A stretch of 63,879 nucleotides of DNA, filler included, from Octopus bimaculoides (taxonomy: Eukaryota): assembly GCF_001194135.2 (NCBI RefSeq). It is 5 parts of 5 records of this genome, joined end to end, with 100 filler letters (N's around TTAATTAATTAA, not from the genome) between each part and the next. Parts side by side here need not be neighbours in the genome. Positions count along the whole stretch, not along the records: positions 1 to 22,278 come from NC_068996.1; 4 more parts are not named here. One strand, given 5' to 3'. The stretch's first letter is position 1. Every line of letters starts with the position of its first letter. A model generated the notes under the pieces. It did no database searches. It was not told the DNA's origin and saw only the letters and a list, made by a program, of their open reading frames with translations. Positions 1 through 10,479 of this stretch are shown in pieces. Both the position numbers and the translations under genes were made by a program.

Positions 1-66
<66 letters not shown>

Positions 67-76
67 CTTCTCTCTC
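1..76. repeat. (TC)n microsatellite
   Basis: Direct dinucleotide run. Confidence 0.95.
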
Positions 77-943
77 TTCCTCCGAGCATGCATGTGTGTG
101 TGTAAGTACAGGTGTGTAGCGAATTTTTGAAAGCTTCATTAGAAGGAGACAAAAAAAAAAGTCATTTCTGATGATTCTCAGAAACGAATGAGATGAAAAC
201 ACTAATAAATAATTATCCCAAATTCTGACTACCTTCTTTTTTGTAATATATATATTCACACATACATACATGACAGCAGTAGCACAATGGGGTGAGAGGT
301 TGGGGCTGAGGGGTAGGCCACACTGCTGCTAAAAACTATGACACACACACAAGCATACGCACACACATACACATGCATACACACGCACACACACACACAC
401 AAACAAGGACACAAACGCATGCGCACATAAGGATACACATCTTAGAAGAACAGAATGGAGTAAGTGGAGCAAGGACACACACAGAAACGAAAAGTGTCAC
501 TGAAGAGGTCACAGATGTGTGATGAAGGATTTCCGGACAATGGACAGGCATTAAAATAATATAATAACAGTAATAAATGAGTGAAGGAAAATATATATAT
601 ATAGTGCATGTGTTTATTTGACAAAAAAAAAAAGAATAAATAAAATGACCATCCTGAAGTGCAACAATATATGTTTCAACACACAATTTCACATCAGGAA
701 TCTTGCAAAATGAATTAATAAATGTATATATATAAAAGAAAATTTAGAAAATAAAGATGTAGCATTAAGATAATTTATTATCTGCAAAAATCCTGCATAT
801 TCTCTTACAGCTGTTTCAATTTAGCCTAAAAGATTAAATTACAATAATTAAATCATTGTATTAGGCAAAATCTCATCAGAGGGGTAGGTTATTAGATGCT
901 TTGTTTTCAAATCATCTCAGCAGATGCTAATTGAATGTACATA

Positions 944-1047
<104 letters not shown>

Positions 1048-1060
1048 GATAGAGAGATAG

Positions 1061-1254
1061 AGATATGGCTGGTCTATAGGATTACCCTGGGTTTCATTTC
1101 CATAAAGTGCTTAGTTTTACAGTGTTTCTTCAAACCCTAGACCTATGGCTTCTCTAGCAACAGAGACCATAGGCCTAGGGTCTGAAGAAACACTGTAAAG
1201 CTAAGTGCTTTACAGACGTGAAACCCAGTGCAACTCCATAGACTGGCCATATCT
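1061..1254. mobile_element. Palindromic foldback element with a hammerhead-like motif in each arm (PLE pLTR-derived, non-autonomous)
   Basis: About 95-bp imperfect inverted arms. The + arm (1178-1237) has CTGAAGA...ctgtaaagc/gctttacag...GAAACCC. The - arm (1079-1137) has TTGAAGA...GAA-ACCC-A-GGGT-A-ATCC. Confidence 0.7.
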
Positions 1255-1468
1255 ATTTTTATCGATATACTTTATTGCTCTATAACTGCTTCTTTTTTGG
1301 ATTTATAATTTACCAACAATATATATACATACATATACCATTTACTAGTTATTCTTTTATGTACTTTATTGATTTTTAGAATAAGGTTTTTATGATAAAT
1401 TTATTTTCTAGAGGGTATGAATTACGTTCTTCATTATTGAATTATTTAATAGTAGTTTTTCTCTAAAT

Positions 1469-1499
<31 letters not shown>

Positions 1500-1657
1500 G
1501 GATGCTAAACAATGATGATGGTGATGTGCTCCCCACACCTCCAACCCCCACACCTTATTTTTCTAACCAGGGTCTACGCTAATATTCTTGTTACTTGTGA
1601 GTATACCCTAGCGCTACACCATCTCTTTTCTACTCTCTCTCACACTTTTGCTGTTTC

Positions 1658-1691
<34 letters not shown>

Positions 1692-2269
1692 NNNNNNNNN
1701 NCTCTCTCTCTCTCTCTCTCTCTCTTTCGCTTTTGTTGCTCTCTCTCTCCTCTTCTTTTTCCTCTGACTATGTAACCAAGTATCACCTTTACATCAGCAC
1801 ACTTGTTTCTGACCTCTTTCTGTACCTCTCTCTTACTTTCTATTTCCTCCCTCTCTCTTTCTCTCTCTCTCTCTCTCCACTAGTGTAGCTAGAGTGTGCA
1901 ACCCAGAGCGACCCTTCTGTTTGCTGCCCCTGGACCCCACAAAAAACACATATAATGCCTACTACAGACCCAAAAGTGGTGCCCCGTTCAAAGTGCTGCC
2001 TGGGGCGGACTGCCCCTACCGCCATCCTCCAGCTACGCTAGTGTCTCTCTCTCTCTCTCTCTCACTGGGTAACCATGTGCCTCCTCTATAGCAAGACACC
2101 TATTTCTGTTACACTCTAACCTTTCATCATTTGATACTGGATCACCTCCTTTAATGCCCCATCTCTAGTGGCAAGACACCTGCTTCTGTCTCTCTGTGTC
2201 TTTGTAACATTCTGATCTTAAGTTCCTCTCTGTGAATGCCCTGTCCCTCTCATAATTCCTTGTCTTGTG

Positions 2270-2580
2270 AGTTACTTGGTTACCCTACCTGTGCTGGTGC
2301 CACATTAAAAGCATCTAGTTGACATTGTAACACGGTTGGTGTTTAGAAGGGCATCAAGCTGTAAAAATCATGCCAAAACTAACCTTGCTTATGCTTGTGC
2401 CACATAAAATGTACTGAGTCCACTCTGCAGAGTGGTTGGTGTTAGGAAGGGCATCCAGCTGTAAAATAAACCCTGTCAAAACAGACACAGTAGCCCAGGG
2501 TAGTTTTTCTAACTGACTGGCTCCTGTCAACCATCCTACCCATGCATGCATGGAAGATGGACACTAAATGATGATGATAT
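2270..2580 (+). mobile_element. RTE-type 3' tail repeat (non-autonomous), duplicated internally
   Basis: ttggtgttaggaagggcatccagctgta...catgcatggaagatggacactaaatgatgatgat; the same tail recurs many times in the window. Confidence 0.7.
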
Positions 2581-2589
2581 ATATGTATA

Positions 2590-3125
2590 TTCCAGAAGAT
2601 GATATTTCAACACATTTTTGTATATGGTTACTGTGTGGATAGCTTATTTCTACTACTTTACATTCAAAGTGAAAATGGAAGAAAATGAGATACATTTTCA
2701 TCCTTTGGTGCAATTTTTTCTGAAAAGGAAAAAACACTATACAAACAGCAAAAAATATAAGTGCAATTTATTGAGATAGTGCCATAACTGAGAGGGCTGT
2801 TCATAAGTGGTTTGCAAGGTTTCAGAGTGAAAATTTTTATCTGGAAAATTGTAAAACATTTCAGCAGACATACAGTTGTTGATGATGACCAAATTAAAAT
2901 GCTAATCAAACATAATCCAAATTAAAAGATATGAGACATTGCTGAGATACTCTGTATACCTCATATGTGTATTATAAGGTATTTAAAACACTTGGATACA
3001 TGAATTGCTATGATATTTGGGTGTTTCATGATTTAATGGAAAAAAAATTAACTGAATTGAAAAAATTATAACTGTGGAGTGAAAAAGATCCCACAAAAAA
3101 TTAAATGAACCACCTTTAATCATTC
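2590..3125 (+). mobile_element. Mariner transposase N-terminal remnant (HTH region)
   Basis: From ATG at 2675: MEENEIHF...ITERAVHKWFARFQ...VVDDDQIKMLI...DIWVFHDL (WVPHEL-like), with stops. Confidence 0.75.
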
Positions 3126-3217
3126 CAAAAACTTGTGTGTATCACGCACTTCTCATGAGGAATTTCGGAAGAAGCTTCGTGAGACCATTGCTGAGACGCT
3201 TCCGAAAAAAGAAAAGT

Positions 3218-3350
3218 CATTGGAAAACAGATTATAGCAGCGACTCCATCTAGGAATATCTGAAGAAGGAATTGTATTCTGAAATATCATCGGACTATAG
3301 ATAACTAAATTACAACAGGTATATAGTCCATTTTTGTACCATTGAAAACT
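3218..3350 (+). mobile_element. Hammerhead-bearing repeat, same family as 8463-8857; degenerate HHR at 3255-3292
   Basis: cattggaaaa...tagcag.gactc...aatatCTGAAGAaggaattgtattctGAAatat aligns with 8641-8790. Confidence 0.65.
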
Positions 3351-3944
3351 TTTTGTTCTGATCTAAATAGTGTTTTAAAATTTCTTCTTAAAATCAGTAT
3401 GCACTTTTGTTCAACCCANNNNNNNNNNNNNNNNNNNNNNNNNNNNNNNNNNNNNNNNNNNNNNNNNNNNNNNNNNNNNNNNNNNNNNNNNNNNNNNNNN
3501 NNNNNNNNNNNNNNNNNNNNNNNNNNNNNNNNNNNNNNNNNNNNNNNNNNNNNNNNNNNNNNNNNNNNNNNNNNNNNNNNNNNNNNNNNNNNNNNNNNNN
3601 NNNNNNNNNNNNNNNNNNNNNNNNNNNNNNNNNNNNNNNNNNNNNNNNNNNNNNNNNNNNNNNNNNNNNNNNNNNNNNNNNNNNNNNNNNNNNNNNNNNN
3701 NNNNNNNNNNNNNNNNNNNNNNNNNNNNNNNNNNNNNNNNNNNNNNNNNNNNNNNNNNNNNNNNNNNNNNNNNNNNNNNNNNNNNGCTATAACAATGACT
3801 ACAGAAATATGGAATGCATCACCACGTTTGTTTCTACTTACTTTTGACTAGTCTCTACCAAGATATTTAGGTAACTTTTCCCTGCCCTTTTAATAATGAG
3901 ATGAAATACAGTTACCGACCATATAGTTATGCTTCTTTCACCAT

Positions 3945-4190
3945 AGTGTGAAGGTGTGTGACTTAGGGGTTAGGGTGTTAGGCTCACAATTGTAAGGTCA
4001 TAAGTTCAATTCCCAGCAGCTCATTACGTCCTTGAGCAATACACTTTATTTAACATTACTCCAGTTCACTCAGCTGGCAAAAATGAGTAGCACCTAGTGC
4101 TCAGCCACCTGTACATTAATTTCACGAGCAGGCTGTTCTGTTGATCGGATCAACTGGAAACCTTGCCGTCGTAATCAACTGTGTGCCAGT
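3945..4190 (+). mobile_element. tRNA-derived SINE (V/Meta-like central domain)
   Basis: A/B-box-like head (gttcaattccc); ttgagcaatacact...ttcactcagctggcaaaaatgagta; related copy at 50536. Confidence 0.6.
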
Positions 4191-4589
4191 TATTTCACCA
4201 TATTTAAAGACAAGTTTTAGAAGTTTCAATTCTTTTTTTTTTTTGAGACATTGGGAATTGTCTCCCCCTTTTTCAGTTATCACAAGCATTCCTAGCACTG
4301 CATTAGCATTCACCCCATTTTGCTTTCTCTCACCGTAGAAGAGTTTGATTGAGTGTAATACAGTTTCATTTTGAGGGAATGGGTCCTTGATCTTTGCTAT
4401 ATAATGCAGCGGTTCTCAAACTGACTCACTTCTTTGCACCAAACTGTTAGGAAAATATTTTGGGGCCTCATTTTATTCACAAAAAAAAAAAAACAACAAT
4501 AGAATTTGTCTTTATATATTTTTTCCTTCTTTGCTATGGTATTGCATGTAAATTTTAAATGCTTCAAATGATTTTAACGTTTTTTAACA

Positions 4590-6133
4590 TGACAATTTGT
4601 CTGCCCTTTTCTCAATCATAATAAAACCTGACTTGATGAGAACAACACCACTATCAATGATCTACTAACCAAGAAGAACAAGATATTTAGAGAGTGGCAG
4701 AATAACCAGAGCTCCACCTGCAAGAAGGACAGATTCAAATCCTTCCAGGCTCTCTCTCTCTCTCTCAAAGAGAAATCTGCACAAAGCACAATTCATGGTG
4801 GAGTAAAAGGGCAGATGAGGTTCAGTTCTACAATGCCATCAAGCCTGTCTTTGGTCCCTCAAAACCAAGTATAGCCTCTCTGTTATTGGCAGGTGGATAC
4901 TCATTCATCAAAGACAAACAGGGCATTAACAACAGATGGAAAGAATACTTCAGCTAACTTGTGGACAAACCCTTCTCTGTCAATCAGTCAGCACCTCATC
5001 AGATCTCCCAGAGTTCAGAACACGAGCACCTCAATGAACTGTCTTCCTTGTCTGAGGTCAAATCCCCCATAAAGCAGATGAATTGTGGCAAAGCATCCAG
5101 AAGGATGGCATTCCCAGAGAGTGTACAAAACTCTTGACAAAGAGTCCTTCAAAGTATTCTAGGATGATCTGATCAGTATCTGAGAACAGGGAGAAATGCC
5201 ACCTGATCTTCAGGCTACTGCAATAGTTTCCCCTCTATAAGAACAAAGGCTCATGATCAAACTGCAGGAACTACTAAGGTATCTCCCTACTCTCCATCAC
5301 CAGCAAAATTCTAGCCCATCTCATCCTTAATAGACTTATTTCAACATTATCCAAAAAAGGTCTTCCTGAATCACTATGCAAATTCCAACCTGAAGGTAGC
5401 ACCATAGATGTGATCTTCACAGTTAGACAAATGCCTAGAACAGAACATAAATTTGAATTTTGTTTTCATCAATCTGACAAAGGCATTTGATATGGTCGAC
5501 GGATAAACCCCGTGGATTATTCTCAAAAAGTTGGGCTGCCCATCAAAATTTATTAACTTCATAGTCTCTTCTATGACAACATGACTGGAGAGATGCTCTT
5601 GGCTGATGAATCTGGTGAGAAGTTCAACATCATCAATAGTGTTAAACAAGGCTGTATGCTTGAACCAGTACTCTTTAATCTCTTCTTCAACCAAGTTCAA
5701 CTACATGCTATCAAAGACCTAAATCTGGACATCAAATACTGTCTGAATGAATCACTTTTTAATCTGGGTTGCCCTACAGCCCACACAAAACCTTTTAGAA
5801 GCTCATCGTAGAAGTGTTCTTTGTAGATGGCCATACCCTCATGGTACAGCAAGAAAACTGCCTTCAGAGCATTGAGAGAGCCAATGCTGCATCCAGGTAG
5901 TTCAGTTTGACAATCAGCTTCAGTAACACAGAGGGCCTCCTTCAAATTTCACCTAACAGCAACCTGCTACAGCAATGCATTATCATCAATGACTCACGAC
6001 TATTTTCAAATACCTGAGGAACACCATCTCCAGTGATGGTACTCTTGACAGAGAAATCATGTCCAGAACCCAGAAAGCAAGTTAGGCACTGGAAGGCTAT
6101 GGATCAAAGTTCTGCAGTACAAAGACATTCACT
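4590..6133 (+). mobile_element. Decayed RTE (BovB-like) LINE reverse transcriptase
   Basis: GISLLSITSKILA..ILNRL, FVFINLTKAFDMV and NSVKQGCMLEPVLFNLFF motifs, with stops and frameshifts. Confidence 0.85.
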
Positions 6134-6460
6134 TCAGAATTTCTGGAACCACTGTTGACACTGGCTTATGCTTATTGTCCAATCCCCATATACTGCTTCA
6201 ATATTCCTTGCATTTTCTGTTGCATTGTTGCCTTTATTGAACTCATAAAGCAAAATATGCTCCTTTGTCACTTTCATTATAGCTTTGAAACAATGGCTGT
6301 TAAAATCGAACTGCACTCTTCAAAACTTGCACTAAGAATAAGTACAAGGTAAAATTACTCCCTGCTTTTATAGCAAGTTGATGCAGGTAGTTTATCCCAT
6401 TCCCCTCTGACTTTTAGTTCATGCAATTGAAAAAACCGCATTATTTATGGGATGACCTAA
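6134..6460 (-). mobile_element. Mariner fragment with TIR, inserted at the end of the RTE remnant
   Basis: ORF EHILLYEFNKGNNATENARNIEAVYG...CQQWFQKF; TIR-like ttaggtcatcccataaataatgcgg on the - strand. Confidence 0.75.
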
Positions 6461-6480
6461 TACACACACATACATATATA

Positions 6481-6633
6481 ATGGGCTTCTTTCAGTTTCT
6501 ATCTACCAGATCCACTTACAAGACTTTGGTTGACCCAAGACTGTATTAGAAGATACTTGCCCAAGTTGCTGCTCAGGAGAACTGAACCTTAGACTAGCTT
6601 CTCAACCACACAGCCACACAGCCTGCACCTATA
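6481..6633 (-). mobile_element. tRNA-derived CORE-type SINE, partial
   Basis: Reverse complement of the recurrent ggctgtgtgg...cttgggcaagt...gtggatttggtaga..gaaactgaaagaagccc SINE. Confidence 0.7.
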
Positions 6634-6720
6634 GATATATATATATATATTCTCTAAGATTCAGTCCAAGGACTGCGGCCATGCTGGAGTACCACCATTT
6701 ATATTGCTATACTTTCACTA

Positions 6721-7990
6721 AACCTCATCTGATACATCACATTTGGTGGATGAGCAAGTTTGATGTTGCTGGCCTCATCTGTGTTTCTTGCCCAGAGGTA
6801 GCTTCATCCGGAACTCTTGACAGAACGAGATTTAGTTTTGTTTCGAAAAAGCCTACATTTATGTCATGTAGGTCTCTCAGGCTTTGTGGGAAGATACTGA
6901 AGAGCTGTGGGCCTTTGAAGCCCAAACTGTTGCAGTATTTGATCCTGTATCCTGATGGCCATGTTGGGATCTTTGGTACCATGCAGTAGTGCCCCATCCT
7001 GCTGTTTGTGTGATTGACAATGCCAAAGTTTGGAACAAGATTTTCTGGGGTTTTCCAGATGTATATTACTGCATATGTTTCCTGCCTTCACTCCAGGAAG
7101 GAGAGTCTTAACTCTTTCAGTCTCTCCCAGTAGGTAATATGTTACATTGTATTGATCTTCCTTGTGTAGCTTCGCTGGATCACCTCAAATTCCATCATTA
7201 ATTTTACAGTTTGATGACCACAGTTGGGAGCAGTAATCCAGATGGCTGAGAACAAAAGTCCTCATTACTCATGTCAATACTCAGGTCACACACTGATTTT
7301 GATTCAGGGATTGGAATCCCTCCTGAGCCAGTATATCCTATCTGCTTTTCATTGAGCTTCCTGTGTTGGTAGCACAGGGCTTGGAATTTTCCAGCATTAA
7401 ACTGCATGTTATTTTCCTCAGCCTACCTGTATATTGCATCTAACTCTTGTTGCAGATGCACAACATCTTCAGCGTTCTGTATCTTCTGAGAGGCTTTTGT
7501 ATCATCTGCATAGCTAGCAAGGGTGGTTACTTGAGCAGCTGAGGGCATGTCAGAGAGGGCCACTATGAATAGCAGTGACCTCAAGACAGTGCCCTATGGA
7601 ACACCACTCATTATTTGTGTTTTCTTGGAGGTGGCTCCATTGACCACCACTACCTGACTTCTATCTTTTAGAAAGTCATGTAGCCATTCTGCAAGTTTTC
7701 CAAATATGTCAAGATTTTGGAGCTATGGTCAATTTGTCAAAAGCTTTGGCAAAGTCAAAGAATATCACGTCCACATTTGAGTTTTTGAGCAGCTGCTTTA
7801 GCACCTAGTTGTAATACTGCAAGAGCTGTGTCAAGCAGCTTCTACCTGGTCGAAAACCATGCTAGGTGTCAGTCATTTTCTTCAAGGAGTGCAATTAATT
7901 TCCTTCGGTCTATTCATTCCATGACTTTGCTGACATGTGAAGTCAAAGAGATAGCTCTATAGTTTTTATCATCTGTTTTGCTTCCTCCTT
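6721..7990 (-). mobile_element. CR1/L2-like LINE RT and 3' end, decayed
   Basis: FDFAKAFDK, QGTVL.SLLF, SYADDTK, MQFNAGKFQ and NSLGFKGPQLF...VPDE motifs on the - strand. Confidence 0.85.
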
Positions 7991-8462
7991 TATGGAGAGG
8001 GCATATTATCCCCATCTTTAGTTTGTCCAGGAGCTTATATATATAATATTTACTCATAGCCAAATCTGTATGAGTTGCTATTCAGAGATTTTCACTCTTA
8101 ATTTTCAGATGAGTGATGTTTTGGGTCTTGAAGCTTTCTTGTATATAGACCAATTGAATCTGCTCAGGCACTACCAAAATCTTTGCAAGAATTACTTGAT
8201 CTCCATGACAATGTGTAAAGAAAATTGTGAAAAACTGTTTACATCTAAGCATGTTCAGAATTTTATATGGAACATTATAGGAAAAGTAATTTTCTATACA
8301 TAGAATTTTGACAAATTCTGCAAAGTTCAAGTAAGTTGTCTTTCACCTTTTATCGCTTAATTGCTCCAGCCATTGGACTGCAGTCATGCTGGGGCATCAC
8401 CTTGATGAAACTTTAATTGAATGAATTGACCCCAGTACTTTTTTTTTAACCAGGTACTTATT

Positions 8463-8857
8463 AAACAATAATAATAAATAGTAATTGTGTGTTCTGAATG
8501 GCACAACAATGCACTATAATAACTGGTGTAATTTAATCATCCATAGTCTGATATAATATTTCGGAATATAAAAATTCCTTCCTTCTTCAGATATACCTAG
8601 GGACTGATCAAGTCACTACTACAATTGATTTTCCAAAAGCCATTGGAAAATCAATTGTAGCAGTGACTCAATCAATCCCTAGGGATATCTGAAGAAGGAA
8701 TTTTTATATTCCAAAATATTATATCAGACTATGGAAAATTAAATTACACCAGTTATTATAGTGCATTGTTGTTCCATTCAAAACACATTATTACTATTTA
8801 TTATAATTGTTTACAAACAATACACAATGCTTCAAGCAAACTACAATACTCTCCTAT
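8463..8857. mobile_element. Palindromic hammerhead-bearing element (inverted pLTR-like pair)
   Basis: About 170-bp inverted arms (8462-8635 and 8643-8813) plus a unique tail; HHR motif in both arms. Confidence 0.8.
8550..8594 (-). ncRNA. Minimal type-I hammerhead ribozyme with intact core
   Basis: atat-CTGAAGA-aggaaggaa-tttttata-ttcc-GAA-ATAT-T-atatc: stem I ATAT/ATAT, stem II GGAA/TTCC, palindromic stem III, AUU site. Confidence 0.7.
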
Positions 8858-10294
8858 CAGGTACTTATTCTATTGGTCTCTTTTGCCAAACTGCTAAGTT
8901 ATGGGGGATGTAAACACAGCAACACTGGTTGTCAAGCAGTGGTGGAGACAAACACACACACACATACAACAGGCTTCTTTCAGTTTCCATCTACCAAATC
9001 CTCTCACAAAACTTTGGTCAACCTAAGGCTATAGCATAAGACACTTCCCAAGGTGCCACGCAGTGGGACTGAACCTGGAATTATGTGTTTGGGAAGCAAA
9101 CTTTTTATCACACAGCCTTACCTGTGTCTAAGTTAAGGAAACTTTTGAAGAATTTCTGACAATTTTATAATTTTTTTCTTTTCCTTAATTGAATAGTACA
9201 TATTTTGTACGACTATCTTTATTATCATCTGTGAATCATATGCAAACATTGACAATATTATGTAAATCTATTTTAACAGAGACTTTGTTCTATCCAGGGT
9301 TGAATGAAAATGAAGTAAAAGGTATTTCTTTTAGGAAAACTGTGAGATTGAATTTTTATTTTATTTAAAACCAAACAACAGAAAATCTTTATTACATAAA
9401 AGAATTAAATTTTATTATATTTGTAAATATATTTACAAATCAAAAAATAAAATGTGTGAAAATATAGAATTACATTTTAAAAAATTTGTTAGTTTTAGAG
9501 AGAGAGAGAGAAGGAGAGAGAGAAGGAGAGAGAGAGTTAGAGAGTGAGTGAAATTAGTATTGCTGTTTTAGTTTTGAGTTGCTGCATGCTAATATTACAA
9601 AAAGGATAGTAGTTCCATATAGATACAATACCAGTAGACACAGACCTGGCTGTGTAGGGCAAAAATCTGCTTCACAAACACATCATTTGACTGTGAATGA
9701 AAGTGAGTAAATTGAGACTGTGCAGAAGCCCATCAGATAGATCATATTTGTTCTTAATCTCTCTTCCAAATAAAATACCACCATCTGGCTGTTAGGTAGG
9801 TACCTTCAGCAGTATTCACAAAGTTGTGATGCATTTGCATCGGGTCTCCAGTCTTTGGATGAATTGAACCTGAATTGTCCTGAACTTCCCTTTTCTTCCA
9901 TGCATCTCAGGGATCATGCAAGAGGTCAAGAAATTTTTTGGAGTACATCATAAAAAAAATTAAAGAAGAACTGCAATTTATAACTAATTATACTGAAAGT
10001 CTTCTGGAAATTCCACTATATATATATTTAATTAAGATTCCTTTGAATTAGGAACTTAAATTGAGGCACCTTGCTAGGTTAATATAATCTGCACACCCAA
10101 ACAATATTAATTGAATATTGAATATCAAGACTCTGTGCAGGAGTGTTTGCACTTGATATTCCTGCTGTGTGTGCAGACACTGCAACCCAGCTGAGTAAAG
10201 AGATCCGCACTTGGTAGTTCAGACATGTACTTTATATAAAGATACTTTCTATAGTATTTCCAAAGTGCAAATTCCAAGGTAGGTGAATTAAATA

Positions 10295-10379
10295 TAAATG
10301 AGTTACGAAGATGTACAGGTATCAATTCATTATAGTGTCAAACAGTAATGGATTGACACCTGTACATCTTCATTACTCA

Positions 10380-10383
<4 letters not shown>
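10295..10383. repeat. 89-bp near-perfect hairpin (38-bp arms, 13-nt loop)
   Basis: taaatgagttacgaagatgtacaggtatcaattcatta / taatggattgacacctgtacatcttcattactcattta. Confidence 0.8.
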
Positions 10384-10456
<73 letters not shown>

Positions 10457-10479
10457 AAAGAGAGAAAAGGATAAAGAGA

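Larger units (their letters stand above)
8335..9125 (-). mobile_element. CORE-type SINE interrupted by a 395-bp insertion with a 12-bp TSD
   Basis: SINE halves flank 8463-8857; CAGGTACTTATT at 8451-8462 and 8858-8869. Confidence 0.8.

Noticed and set aside
161-192. CTGATGA-ttctca-GAAACG with tcatt/aatga flanks
   Set aside because: No stem II and no NUH cleavage triplet; plausible by chance.
9800-10278. Possible upstream Ig V-type exons (LNLNC...EIFWS; FALDIPAV...; strong donor at 10278)
   Set aside because: In-frame stops and no consistent acceptor or phase; too weak to call, though worth checking in RNA-seq.
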